A DNA stretch of 64,000 bases, taken from assembly GCF_006345805.1 (NCBI RefSeq), contig NC_043001.1, positions 33,046,001-33,110,000 on the forward strand, given 5' to 3'. This document shows positions 27,015-40,241 of the stretch, piece after piece (the first letter of the stretch is position 1; each line of letters begins with the position of its first letter). A program made the position numbers and the translations under genes. Source of the DNA: Octopus sinensis (taxonomy: Eukaryota). The notes below the pieces were generated by a model. It saw only the letters and a program-made list of their open reading frames with translations. It ran no database searches and was not told the DNA's origin.

Positions 27015-27606
27015 AACGCACGTATGTACGTGTGTTAAAAACAATGGGTACAATAAAATATAATGTGTTTCGTCCGAAGTAATTAGTAACAAGTAACAGT
27101 TCCCATTTTAGAGGGAAATCGAAAGACAAAGTAGCAGAAAGATAACCAGAGTGATAGAAGCAAGATCATAAGTGAACTGACAGTGGCAGCTTGGGTCATG
27201 GCAATTGTAGTTGATGATAACAGAGATAACAGCGATGGTATTGGTGATGATGATGATGGGGTCATCATGATGATGTGAACTAAGAGAAGGTAAAGAACGA
27301 TCCCCTCCATCTCTACTGTCTCCTTTCCCACTTCATCATCCTCCTCACCATCATCTTCTTTTTCCCCTCCTCCTCCTTCCTCTTCTCTATTATCATTACC
27401 CAGCCACCTTTTAATGACCGCTGTAAGTCATCCACCATTTTAATCACCATCATTGTCAACATTATCTTTATTATTATCAGCACCATTGCCATCGCCCCAG
27501 CCGTCTCCCTACTTATAACTTTGATTGTATCGGTCTCGTTATATTTATGCCCATTTTTCTCTCTCTCTCTCTCTCTCTCTCCCTCCCACTCTCTCCTTGT
27601 CTCTCA

Positions 27607-27694
27607 TCTAGAGATAGATAGATAGATAGATAGATAGATATAATAGATAGATAGATGAGATAGATAGACGACAGAAAGACAGAAAGAAAGATAG

Positions 27695-27726
<32 letters not shown>

Positions 27727-27891
27727 GATAGATATAGATAGATAGATAGATGATAAATAATAAAAGATGATAGAGAGAAGATAAATCATAGATAAAATAG
27801 ATATAATAGATAGATAGAATGATAGATAGATAGATAGATAGATAATAGAGAGATAATAGATAGATAGATAGACAGACAGAAAGAAAGATAC

Positions 27892-27960
<69 letters not shown>
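27607..27960. repeat. Degenerate (GATA)n array
   Basis: Direct reading; similar arrays at ~3390, 3940, 4870, 12420, 20625 and 21650. Confidence 0.95.
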
Positions 27961-29037
27961 TTAAATATATATATATACAAAAAATACTACACATGAACTC
28001 TGCCTGAGTGGACGCACATGAGAGACAGACGGAGGGATACAAGGAGCAAAACGAAAAAGAGAGCCCGAGCGAACGAGAGAAACATAAAGAAGCGCAGAGA
28101 CAAAGCTTAGATATAACAATAAACGAAGACTGTGCTTGAACTATATCTGGTCTTTCCAACCAGAGTTGTTTATTACCAATTTTCCCATAGATGTATGCAT
28201 TATAATTGCATTGTGATAAGATATCGAACGAATATAGCGTGTAGGCGTTAAATTGTGAGAGGTGCAGATCTAGAAACTCTATAAAAAAAACATCTGTAAA
28301 TCTATATCGAGTAAATTTAGTTTTTTTTTTGACTTATTTTTCGCAACACAAATATTTTTCTGGCGTTACTGTTTCGTTTTTCTGTTTTCACTTCTCTTTT
28401 TTTTTTTTTTTTCCTGCAAATTTTCTTTTTGGTTTCTAAACTTTTTGTAATTTACTTTGGTGGGGGAAAAAAAAAACAGACACAAAAAAAAAGACCTCTG
28501 AACTTTTCTCAGAATATAATGTTTAACAAAATCACGTTACAATTTATTTGTTTGAGGGTACGCTGGTTAAAAAGTGTGCATGTCATTAACTGAATGCGTT
28601 CGACTCTACTAGAAATCTATAATGCAACAGTGCTATTTCTTGTTTCTTTGCCTCGGTTGTTGTGTCAACAGAACCTGTTTCACGAGTTTTCAGCTGTACT
28701 GAATGAAAACAAACACAGCCATAATATGCGTTTTATGAGTTACTCCATATATTAACTAGATTAAAACTGTTCTCCACAGACGGAATATTATAGCGATCAA
28801 TAAATTTTCAAGTGGTTACAGTCAGAATGTCTAAAAGCCAAATAGTTTTTGATGTTCTGTCCTTTGCGTTCACTTTCCGTTGAATTGTTCTATAGCAGTA
28901 ATTAAGAACAGTACTCAGAGCTGTATTCTCTGAATTCAGGTAACTTGATTAATGAATTACTACATTGAGACACTTAATTTCTTTTTGTATATTTCATTCG
29001 CATACACATATACATACATACGCGAAAACATATATAA

Positions 29038-29070
<33 letters not shown>

Positions 29071-29380
29071 AATCTATATACATATGTGTTCTGTTACTTT
29101 CTTTATACAGACACGGAAGCATAGCTTTAAGGAAACTATACGTTGGGAGTAGCAACGTTTAAATCATTGTAAAAGTATTTGTCTCATAAATGTGCTCAAA
29201 GTATTTTCAAAATCGATCGTCTGTTAAAACCGGACTTTGGTCATATTTAGACACATCACACTGCATTTCAAAGTTGCACCTATTGCCCACAATTCCGAAT
29301 GGATAAATCTTATAACAGATCTTATACTCATATAGGGAGTATAAAGACGCTGTACAATATATACTTAATATGAAATTTCA

Positions 29381-29778
29381 GCGAGCTGGCAGAAACGTTA
29401 GCACGCCGGGCGAAATGCTTTGCGGTATTTCGTCTGCCGTTACGTTCTCATTTCAAATTCCACCGAGGTCGACTTTGTCTTTCATCCTTTCGGGGTCGAT
29501 AAATTAAGTACCAGTTACGCACTGGGGTCGATATAATCGACTTAATCCGTTTGTCTGTCCTTGTTTGTCCCCTCTGTGTGTAGCCCCTTGTGGGCAGTAA
29601 AGAAATAGGTATTTCGTTTGTCTTTACGTTCTGAGTTCAAATTCCGCCGAGGTCGATTTTGCCTTTTATCCTTTCGGGATCGATAAATTAAGTACCAGTT
29701 GCATACTGGGGTCGATCTAATCGACTGGTCCCACACCCCCAAAATTTCGGGCCTTGTTCCTAGAGTAGAAAAGAATAT
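29381..29778 (+). mobile_element. SINE family B dimer (head-body-tail1 joined to body-tail2)
   Basis: Junction aaagaaataggtatttcg at ~29599-29616. Confidence 0.92.
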
Positions 29779-30392
29779 CTACATGATATGAATTAATATT
29801 TTTGTCCGAATAATCTTACATCTTGAAAGCGTCATTAGAATTTCGGGTTTCCAAACAGACAAGAAAAAACATCGTTTCTCCGCTACGATTTAGATAAGAT
29901 TTTTGTCCACAATAAAATCTTATTTGGAGCCTGATCTCGTTTTATACGTAGAAGATAGCCTGTTCGAAATTATCCATTAGATTTCTATAAAAAGAATAAT
30001 GATATCGACGGACAGTACTTTAAATATTTTACTGATACTCTGCTTTTTCCCTTCCAATGTCAATTTTCCTTCTTCCTCCCTCTCAAAAGTGTAGGCTTTA
30101 TGTCTAGAGTTTAAAAAATAACAGCGTCGTTAGAAATATTTAACGGTATTTACTTTGGCTCTATATATTCATATCTTACTTGGTTCAAAATCTACTTGGA
30201 TCGACTTTGCCTTTTCTCATCTCGTGATCGCTAAAATAAAGTACATGTCAAGTATTGAGATCGATTGATCGACTTACACCTTCTCAGTAAAATTGCTGGC
30301 CTTATGCAAAAATGTAAACCAATATCATTATTACTATTATTAATATTATTATTATTATTACTGTTGTTGTTATTGTTCTTCTTCTTCTTCTT

Positions 30393-30484
<92 letters not shown>

Positions 30485-30485
<1 letters not shown>

Positions 30486-30648
30486 GAGTGAAGGAGCAGT
30501 GCATGCCATCAAAGTGACACTGGGGTAAAATATACGAAGCTCAGTATACCCATCATGAATACCTGTCTGATAAGGGTACACCAGGCACATGCATCACAAC
30601 CATATGTGCGCGACATGGTGATCTCATATCAAGATAAACAGCCCATGA
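30485..30648 (-). mobile_element. Truncated family E element inside (TTA)n
   Basis: gcatgccatcaaagtgacactgg...aagataaaca matches 14407-14548; (TTA)n on both flanks. Confidence 0.75.
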
Positions 30649-30663
30649 ATATTATCATTATTA

Positions 30664-30715
<52 letters not shown>

Positions 30716-30985
30716 TACTGTTATTATCATTTCTGACGCAATTACATGCATGACTGACTACAACTTTTGGAAATGGCTTAACTGGTCCGAGTTCCTGACT
30801 GGCCGTTATTCCATCGATCCTTGAAGAATGAAAGATAAAACCGTTCCCCGAGAGATCGAACTCAGAATTTAAAATCTTAAGAAATATTTCAAAATATTTT
30901 ATCCATCATCAAACCACCTCGGATGTATTGATAATATGAAGGTACGATGATACTTACGCCGGACAACGCGCACACACACACTCAC

Positions 30986-31036
<51 letters not shown>

Positions 31037-31079
31037 ATATATATTACACACACATGTATATGTATATATATATATATAT

Positions 31080-31255
31080 GGGAGAGTTCACGAAAAAAAC
31101 AAAAGACGAAGACAGGCGGTGTACAAAACAAACAGATGTATTACTATAACGCTCAGGAATAGAAAAAGTCTTTTACGTTTCGAGCCTACGCTCTTCTACA
31201 GAAAGGGACACAGAACAAAAAACAAGGAGAGAAGCAAGGAGAGAAATATATTGTG
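31080..31255 (-). mobile_element. Short Penelope-terminus-like element with a hammerhead motif (31170-31205)
   Basis: Minus strand CTTT-CTGTAGA-A-GAGC-gtag-GCTC-GAAAC-GTA-AAAG; shares acgctcaggaa with the 18404 element; abuts (TA)n. Confidence 0.6.
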
Positions 31256-31682
31256 TGTAGTGGCTATCATGTATATCTATGTATATATATGTGTATGTAT
31301 GGATGTATGTATGTATGTATATATGTATGTAAGTATGTGTGTATTACATGGAATTTTAAAATAAAACGAAAAGCGATACATAAAATAAAGCATCGTCGAA
31401 ATATTTACGATACAAATTTTGTTTATTTTACAATTTTAGTTCAATCACATCTGCTTTGATTAGCTTTCATTTCTCTCCAGTCGATATAAATATAAATACA
31501 TGTATAAGAATGAACGAACATTAAATATGCATTTTAAAGGCATCGCTGCTTGATTAAATTATCCATTTCTCTATCACGATCCGCCAACAATAACATTGTC
31601 AACACATTAGGAAAACAGCATCTGCCATAGAATCGTGCAGAACAAAATAAAGGAAAACTGGGCAGTGTTCGTGTTTGTGTTC

Positions 31683-31713
<31 letters not shown>

Positions 31714-31798
31714 ATTGAATAGAGTCGAGAATGAGTACATTCAGACAGCTATTTAATAAACACTACACATGTTTCGGTACGACATGGATCCACATATA

Positions 31799-32226
31799 CT
31801 CTCTTTTCTCTTTTACTCTTTTTACTTGTTTCAGTCATTTGACTGTGGCCGTGCTGGAGCAGCGCCTTTAGTCGAGCAAATCGACCCCAGGACTTATTCT
31901 TTGTAAGCCTTAGTACTTATTCTATCTGTCTCTTTTTGCCGAACTGCTAAGTAACGGGGATGTAAACACACCAGCATCGGTTGTCAAACGATGTTGGAGG
32001 GAACAAACATACATACACAAACACACACACACACACACATACATATATATATATTTATATATACGATGGGATTTTTTCAGTTTCCGTCTACCAAATCCAC
32101 TCACAAGGCTTTGGTCGGCCCGAGGCTATAGTAGAAGACACTTGCCCAAGATGCAACACAGTGGGACTGAACCCAGAACCATGTGGTTGGTAAGCAAGCT
32201 ACTTACCACACAGCCACACCTGCGCG
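31799..32226 (-). mobile_element. SINE family A, full length
   Basis: Near-consensus copy with internal (CA)n/(TA)n. Confidence 0.92.
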
Positions 32227-32611
32227 TATACAGGATATATATACACAGGATTTAAACTAAGCACAGTTTACCTCTATAATGGGATCCAATTGTATCTCCT
32301 CAAATGATACGTAATCGATGTCCACGTTAGCAAATCTTTGACTTTGATAGTATCACATCCGACTGGTTCTTTCAATCTAGGAGACGCTGGCAGTTCCAAT
32401 CTGCTCGCTGTTGACGTGCCTCTGCGTGCTCCACATTAGCAGTATTGGATACACTGGCTGTCCACTTTGTTTCACATGTTGAGGTGCACACGCTAAGTTT
32501 TATTATTTCAAAAATACACTCACACATACGCTTATACATATACAATCTCTCTCACACACATATATGCACAACTATATCTACATACACACACATATATACA
32601 TACATATATAT

Positions 32612-32840
32612 TTCTTTACTACCCACAAGGGGCTAAACATAGAGGGGACAAACAAGGACAGACAAAATGATTAAGTTGATTACATCGACCCCAGTGCGAA
32701 ACTGGTACTTTATTTATCGACCCCGAAAGGATGAAAGGCAAAGTCGACCTCGGCACAATTTGAACTCAGAACGCAACAGCAGACGAAATACGGCTACGCA
32801 TTTCGCCCGGCCTGCTAACGCTTCTGCCAGCTCGCCACCT
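32612..32840 (-). mobile_element. SINE family B monomer
   Basis: tatttctttactacccacaagggg...ctgccagctcgccacc. Confidence 0.92.
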
Positions 32841-33099
32841 TTGCATGTATGTATATACATACATATATACATACATGCACACCTACACACAGACACATAC
32901 TGACACACACATCAATCAACAAATACGTTCATACCTATATATACACGTACGTACATTTATCTACCCATATTCATGAACATAGGTATATCGTTGGGCACTT
33001 CATCATATATACACAGGCACATATACAGACGTGAGATGGGAAGGATGGGTACGATGAAACAGAATAATAATTATTATAATTTTTAAATATTGTCCCATC

Positions 33100-33445
33100 T
33101 TGATAATGCATATTTGGCGCGATGGTTACACCTTGGAATTTTCTCATCATGCTTTATCAGATTCTCATTACTCAACAGAATACTCTACGCTTCCTCAAGG
33201 TGAAGGTCACATTTATCAGATAGCGAATTACATGGGCGTGCATTTTTTTTATTATTGACCATTCCATTTCGTATTTAATCTTTGAGTCTGCCAGTGAAGT
33301 TGCGTGTCGTCTATTTAGTTTTCGGAATGACGAGATATGGTTGCGATAACGGATTTTGAATTGGTTTTCCGTGGCAACTATGTACACGTATTTAAGTTGG
33401 GATGTGGAGATTGTGCATTCGTATACTATGTTTTTTGGACACATT
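33100..33445 (-). mobile_element. Penelope-like element relic, GIY-YIG endonuclease region
   Basis: Part of ORF 33172-33510 reads KNIVYECTISTSQLKYVYIVATENQFKIRYRNHISSFRK..RHATSL..IKYEMEWSIIKK, the PLE GIY-YIG pattern (IVY..YIG.T..FK.R..NH..SF). Cut off on its 5' side by the SINE at 33446. Confidence 0.8.
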
Positions 33446-33765
33446 GGTTGATCCGAATCAACGGAACAGCCTGCTCGTGAAATTAACGTGTAAGTGGCTG
33501 AGTACTCCACAGATACGTGTACCCTTAACGTAGTTCTCGGGGATATTCAGCGTGACACAGAGAGTGACAAGAAACAGGAAGTAAGAGTGAGAAAAAGTTG
33601 TGGTGAAAGAGTACAGCAGGGATCACCACCATCCCCTGCCGGAGCCTCGTGGAGCTTTAGGTGTTTTCGCTCAATAAACACTCACAACGCCCGGTCTGGT
33701 AATCGAAACCGCGATCCTATGACCGCGAGTCCGCTGCCCTAACCACTGGGCCATTGCACCTCCAC
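33446..33765 (-). mobile_element. tRNA-Arg-headed SINE (OR1/OR2-type, subtype 1)
   Basis: Minus-strand head gtggaggtgcaatggcccagtggttagggcagcggacTCGcggtcataggatcgcggtttcgatt; body matches 53860-54236. Confidence 0.88.
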
Positions 33766-33784
33766 ATATATATACATATATATA

Positions 33785-33864
<80 letters not shown>

Positions 33865-33879
33865 ATGTATGTATGTATA

Positions 33880-34140
33880 CATGGAGACCCCCTTCGGTCA
33901 CGAATGACCATGAGATTGCACCTAGAAAGTTACCCTCCGAGGCACAAGTCAGGACAAGGTTGTTTATGGAAGACCAGCAGTCGCCCATGCATAACAGCCA
34001 CCGATGTCATCCAAGGGAAAGGCAAAGGGGTTGGCTCCAATAACGTCGCAACTCATTTCTACAGCTGAGTGAACTGAAGCAACGCGAAATAAAGTGTCTT
34101 GCTCAAGAACACAACATGCACAACAAGCCATGCGCCTTCA
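33880..34140 (-). mobile_element. SINE family D variant
   Basis: cagctgagtgaactgaagcaacgcgaaataaagtgtcttgctcaagaacacaac domain plus head remnant gccatgcgccttcac. Confidence 0.7.
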
Positions 34141-34218
34141 CGTATATATATATATATGTGTGTGTGTGTATGTATATATATATATATATATGCATGCATA
34201 TACATGTATATATATGTA

Positions 34219-34252
<34 letters not shown>

Positions 34253-36653
34253 GGTATGTAATTACACATTATAGATAGATGGATTGATAGACAGACAGGT
34301 TTGTATGTAGGTAGGTAGGTAGGTAGGTAGGTAGGTAGGCAGACAGGTAGGTAGGCTTGTAAATAGGTAGGGAGGGAGGGAGGCAGGTTCGTAGACAGGT
34401 AGCTCGATCGTTCGATAGATGTGGGTGCATGCATGTATGTATACACTCACACGCATGCGCCTATTCCTGCATTTATATTTTATACACTTACAAAGTGAAA
34501 ATGAGTATACAACTTTCTACAGGTATATGGATACAAATGTATATACTTGCAAGGCATATGTACATGTATGTATGTACATGTATGTATATTTTTGAATGTG
34601 TGCGAGCCTATATTCATGTTAATGCAATTTTCTAAGCGGAAACGACCTGCCTATACATTCAGTAGTTTTGGGAGTGGCTTTCCGCCTCGTTGCTTCTTCA
34701 TTAATCTCGATTAAAGTCATCGTGAAAATCAATACAAGTTCGTTTATTTATTCTTTAATACTGCAGTAATCGACTGGTCAGCAAGGATGAGAGACAAACT
34801 TTTACAGTTAGTTATGTATAGATTACCTAGGCCATCGATTACCTTCTCTCTCTCTCAATCACCCCTCACATTCTCTCCCCTGCTCTCTCTCTCTCCTCTC
34901 TTTCCTTTTATCCCCTCTTTCCCCCTCCCCCTCTCTCTACAATTAATTGCTACAGAACTTTATAAGTTATTCTACTAGAATTGACTGTACAGCTTTAATT
35001 ATAGTTTCAGCTGTCTCTTATTAAATGGCACGACTGTTTAAATCAGTTATTGTATTTTCCTTTATTTTTATTTATTCATTATTTAGTGAGAGAGAGAGAG
35101 AGGGGGGGAGATGGAGGCAGCGACTGAGCGGAAGAGAGGGGAGAGAGAGAGAGAGCTCAGCAGATGCAGATCACATGTTAACGTTTTGAAGCTATGAACT
35201 CAAACCTAGATTTTAACCAGAGTTCATGTTTGATTTTCATAATTATTTTCATATATTTAAAGTGCCAATTATGACATTTTACATGAAAATTATATCAAAC
35301 TTTGCTGAGTTAATTAAGTGATTTATAATTCATAATTTCAGTTTCATCTAATTTATATGATAATTCAATGCTAATTTGACATAGGTACTTAGCGATAACA
35401 AGACGTGTAGTTTAAAATGAGTACTGTACATGATAAATTTAGAAGAAGGGGATATACTGAGTCAGAGATTCACTACGCATTATATGAGAAGTATGAACGA
35501 AACTGGTTCGCCCTGCGAGAAAGAACAGCCAAATCATTTTCAAATTATACCCAACAACATGGAAAAAAGAATGATAGAAAAAGTATGTCGTTCTAGATGC
35601 ATAATACTTTGGAAAAGTTGTCTGAATCACACTTGGCCATACAACTATTAGCTAAGACTTGAGCTGATATAATGTGTATTACTGCGATAGTTTTTCAAGT
35701 AACAAGGCTTATGATTACACAAGTATAGACTTGGAAAGTAGAAAGATTAGAGCAGCATATCTTACGTAGTTTTTCACAAAAAATGTTCCTGTCTTTCGTG
35801 AATTCCTTTATTATACATTCCCTTTGCTGATCGTTTTTGCTAACAATTTTAACAAACACAAAACAAAATAGAAGAATAAATCTGTTTATGTCCCAGGCAT
35901 TAAAGTGATGAATAAAGTCGATTTATATTTGTTTCCAGATCTAAAGTGTGATCAACGATGATCGATACCAATAATTTTGAGGGAAGGCTATAGTAAGGGT
36001 GATTATAGTTACAAGTGAAATAATTACGACCAAGTCAATAACAGTGAACCCCATAATTGCAAGTAGGACTTAAGTACAAACAGCAATCAAGGCTGCAACA
36101 TAATCTTGATGTTAAAATAAAGTAATTTTATTGGTATTATTATTAATAAAAATAGAATTTATGATTATATGGAGGTTTGAATTGAATATCGTAACTTTTC
36201 AAATATCATTCATTAAATTTCAGTTGTTTAAATATCTGTTATTGAAATATTGATAGTAAATGAACGAGAATGTAAAGAATGAAATGTTGAAAGATTAGTA
36301 TATATCATACATAGATAATAGGTCGATGAACAAACCAACGAGAGAAACATCTCTAAGTAATCGGCCGACTTGGTAGAAAGAGTAGTAAGATCTCCATCAA
36401 AATACACACTTCCCTCCTTAAAAAAGACTCATTGATCTCGAGAGAAAATGAATGCAAAAAAATATAACAAAACAACGAGGTGATAATGGCTGTAAAGCCC
36501 TTCATCACAGGTCTTTTCTATCAGAGTCTAATTAGTACTTACTTTACCGACCTTGAAAAGATAAAAGTCAAGTCGACGGCGGCGGAATTTGAACTCAGAA
36601 CGTTAAGAGGGGCGAAATGCTGCTAAGAGTTTTGTAATGATAATAATAATAGT

Positions 36654-36740
<87 letters not shown>

Positions 36741-37531
36741 CAATTCCATGTAGCCACAACAGAAGTTGCTAGAAAAAATAGGTGGGATTAGCTGATGAAA
36801 GGAACCCTAGAAAAAGAAACCAAGAGCCCTACAATGGTAGCGCAAGATCAAGCATTGGCCACGAACGGGAGGGTCAACCGTAGGAATGAGCAAATGTCTC
36901 CGCTGTGTCGCATCTGCAATAAGATGGATGAAACCATTACCCATATCACGAACGAATGCTCCAGACTTGTCCAAAATCACTACAAGGCGTAAGTGCTCCA
37001 CTGGAAATTGTGCGAGAAGTGGGGGCTAGAGAGGCAAGACGTGATATGAGCACAAAACGCAGAGAATGGCGGAGTCGCAGACTAGCAAATTCCTTTGGGA
37101 TTTTCCCAATCCAAACAGATCAGATACTAGAGCATAACAGACCGAACCTAGAGGTGGTGGACAAAGTGCACCACATATGCTATATAGTTGATGTTGCATG
37201 ACCGTTTGACCCACAAATAGTCAAGAAGGAAGGCGAAAATGTAGATAGATACAACCCTCTTAAGCACGAAATAGCCCGGCTATGGAAAATAAAGAAGGTG
37301 CAGATAGTGCCAATTATTGTTGAGGCCTTGAGAACCGTATCAGAAGGTATAAAAAAATATAAAGGAAATTGGAATATAGTGCCCAGTAAAACTGTTACAG
37401 AGGGTTTGCCTCTATGGCACGGCCAGAATAATCAGGAAAGTATTAGCTAGCTGAAAAGAGCGAATAACACGGTACCACAGGCTGCAGGTAGCAAGCCCGC
37501 TACACATAAAAGAATCCAGGTACTCCAACAA

Positions 37532-37533
<2 letters not shown>
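36741..37533 (+). mobile_element. 5'-truncated R4/Dong-clade non-LTR retrotransposon, family 1
   Basis: KGTLEKETKSPTMVAQDQALATN, CCHC knuckle CRICNKMDETITHITNEC, HWKLC, FPIQTDQILEHNRPNLEVVDK..CYIVDVA (degenerate restriction-like endonuclease); frameshifts; (AAT)n on both sides. Confidence 0.88.
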
Positions 37534-37580
<47 letters not shown>

Positions 37581-37606
37581 GCAACAACAATGACAACAAC
37601 AACAAC

Positions 37607-37664
<58 letters not shown>

Positions 37665-37665
<1 letters not shown>

Positions 37666-38110
37666 GATAGAGAGATAGAGAAATTAAGGCCAACAGACCA
37701 GATATAGTTGTCAGAGACCATGAAGAAAAAATGCTTTCTAATTGATGTATCAATACCGGCTGATGACAACGTGTCTCTAAAAGAAATGGAGAAACTCTCA
37801 AAATACAAAGACCCGGAAATAGAGGTAACTAGAATGTGGAATCTGAAAACAGAAACAATTCCTATCATAGTAGGTGCATTAGGCATGATAAAAAAATATT
37901 CAGACAAATACATAACAAAAACACCAGGACTTACAAACACATATAACATACAGAAAATTGCACTTCTAGGCACTGCACACATCCTACGCAGAACACTTTC
38001 CATACAATAACCATCAGAGCATCACAACAAATCACAGCACATACCCAAGGCACACAGAGCTGCGCTCGGTAGTGAAGTGAAAGCACGCTATAAAAATTAA
38101 AATAAAACTA

Positions 38111-38113
<3 letters not shown>
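37665..38113 (+). mobile_element. 5'-truncated R4/Dong-clade element, family 2
   Basis: KANRPDIVVRDHEEK(frameshift)KCFLIDVSIPADDNVSLKEMEKLSKYKDPEIEVTRMWNLKTETIPIIVGALG..QKIALLGTAHILRRTLSIQ*, the PD-(D/E)xK endonuclease C-terminus, then a 3' UTR and (AAT)n. Confidence 0.9.
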
Positions 38114-38147
<34 letters not shown>

Positions 38148-38149
<2 letters not shown>

Positions 38150-38450
38150 GGGGCGGATTGCTACGTAGCTCAGATACCAGGTAGCCCCAAAATGGCAGAA
38201 ATTCAAAAGATAGTGCCCATGGGAACTGCTCATATCCTACGCAAAATACTTTCTATGTAATCTCAAGTTTTAAAACAAACATAATTTTCTTATGGTTTCT
38301 TAAACATTCACTAGTACAACACTAAGTACCAAACCAAATATATGGCACCCTAGGCATAACACCAACATGAACTTCCAATTTGTTGTCTCTTGAGGTCTCT
38401 GGGTGAGACTTGGAACCAACTTCTACAAATGTAAAGCAAAAGTCAAACAT

Positions 38451-38454
<4 letters not shown>
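38148..38454 (+). mobile_element. 5'-truncated R4/Dong-clade element, family 3
   Basis: YVAQIPGSPKMAEIQKIVPMGTAHILRKILSM*, homologous to the family 2 C-terminus but with a different, longer 3' UTR; (AAT)n on both sides. Confidence 0.85.
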
Positions 38455-38486
<32 letters not shown>

Positions 38487-38548
38487 TGATAAAGAAAAAA
38501 CAAGAAAAAGAAGAAGAAAAGAAGAAGAAGAAGAAGAAGAAGAAGAAG

Positions 38549-38614
<66 letters not shown>

Positions 38615-38645
38615 GACGATGATGGCGATAAGAACAACAGCAGCA
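38455..38645. repeat. In-register trinucleotide series AAT-AAG-AAC-AGC-GAT
   Basis: Direct reading. Confidence 0.95.
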
Positions 38646-38949
38646 GTATCTGTGTCAGCATCAGATATCTGGTGATTCAGCTGATCTGTTATTTCTGGTG
38701 ATTCTGTTGATCCATTATTTTTGTGCTGGGTATCATGATGCACAGCAACAATCGATTTCCTTGTATTCAAGGATGAAAATATTCTTCAGTCCTTCTTTAT
38801 CTAATGTCATCAAAGATATAATGACAGTTGAATTCTTGCGCCTTTTCTTTCTATCCCTGTTATTGTTTTTGTTGTTTAGCCTCAAATATATTCTGGTCAA
38901 GCAGACTTAGCATCAAAGATATTATTGTGTATGCATGGCCCCCGTGCGA

Positions 38950-39253
38950 GTGGAGGCACATGGCCTAGTGGTTAGAGCAGCGGACTCGCGGTCGAGGGAT
39001 CGCGGATTCGAATCTCAGACCGGGTGATGTGTGTGTTTATGAGCGAAACACCTAAGCTCCACGCGGCTCCGGCAGAAAGTAATGGTGAACTTCTGCTGAC
39101 TCTTTCGCCACAACATTCTCTCACTCTTTCCTCCTGCATCATGCAGCTCACCTGTGACGGACCGGTGTCCCGTCCAGGTGGGGAGCCTATACGCCAAGGA
39201 AACCGGGAAACCGGGCCCTTATGAGCCAGGCGTGGCTCGAAAAGGAACAAACA
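38950..39253 (+). mobile_element. tRNA-Arg-headed SINE (OR1/OR2-type, subtype 2)
   Basis: gtggaggcacatggcctagtggttagagcagcggacTCGcggtcgagggatcgcggattcgaatctcagacc; body matches 54935-55217. Confidence 0.9.
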
Positions 39254-39502
39254 GCAATGACCCCATGCGAGCACCAGCACTATGCAATATGTCACCTCTG
39301 TGCCCTCTCATAATAGCTGAAATGCGACTGAGATAGGAAATGACGGACAATGATGGAGATACAAAGCGGGAGTGATAGAGAGGGAGATAGTTTCAGAATG
39401 TAATTGGCATCCGTCGGTTATGACGATGAGGGTTCTATTTGATCCTGTGAATTGCAGCTACTATTCACTTTTTCCAGCTGAGTGGATAAGAGCAACAAGA
39501 AC

Positions 39503-39869
39503 TAAAATGTCTTGCTCAAGGAAACAATGCACCGCTGGAAATCGAACTCACAACCTTACGATCGTCAACCAATTACCCTAACAACTAAGCTTTGCGCCTT
39601 CACGTGTTTCAGTATACTAAGGCGCCAAATGCTATCTGTTTTCTTCTATTATTTCGGAAACTATACTCGAATGACTTCACTTTCTATTGTAGCAGCATTA
39701 TAAAAGACTTGACTTAACGACAATAGCAACAGCATTAAGCAACGTTATTACATAGGCACATAATTTGTTCATGTTTCAAGGAATCATCGCGTAATTCACT
39801 TGAGTACAAAACGAAAATGCTAGAACTCTTATTTCTCTTTGCATTGTATAAATACGCAAGCACAATATT
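39503..39869 (+). repeat. Direct repeat copy 1 (SINE D head plus ~270 bp of unique flank)
   Basis: Colinear with 43364-43760. Confidence 0.92.
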
Positions 39870-40241
39870 TTATGGTTTTCTTTTTAATTTCGTCGAAGTA
39901 GAAAATATGCAGTCTTCAGTAGAAGTAATATATTATGTTATTTATATTATAAGCACAGTGGTTTCTCCTCTGGAAAAAAATTATTACAAGAATGTATTAC
40001 GTATTAGTTAAATCCCTGTAATAACGTTAATCTGCTTATGGCTGATTAAAAATTTAAGGAACATATTTCTAGTTATCCCGTTTATAATCCCAGAAAAATA
40101 TGTATAGATTCATGCATGTATACATTTTTGCATATACAAATGTATGCGCACATATTGGTATACATGTGTGCGCTCTTGCGTTTATAAGTCGCTAATGTAT
40201 ATAATATCTCGGACATATTAATCCTTTCCACTATATGCAAA

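Noticed and set aside
33172-33510. 112-aa ORF as a host gene
   Set aside because: Chimeric: its first ~21 codons come from the antisense-read SINE region and the rest is a decayed Penelope GIY-YIG.
36640-38480. Repeat-spacer appearance reminiscent of a CRISPR array (also the SINE B multimers)
   Set aside because: The repeats are variable-length microsatellites, the spacers are LINE fragments, the context is eukaryotic, and there are no cas genes.
38950-39025. tRNA-Arg(TCG)-like sequence (also 33690-33765, 54160-54236, 55140-55217)
   Set aside because: These continue into shared SINE bodies and lack a proper acceptor stem; they are SINE heads, not tRNA genes.
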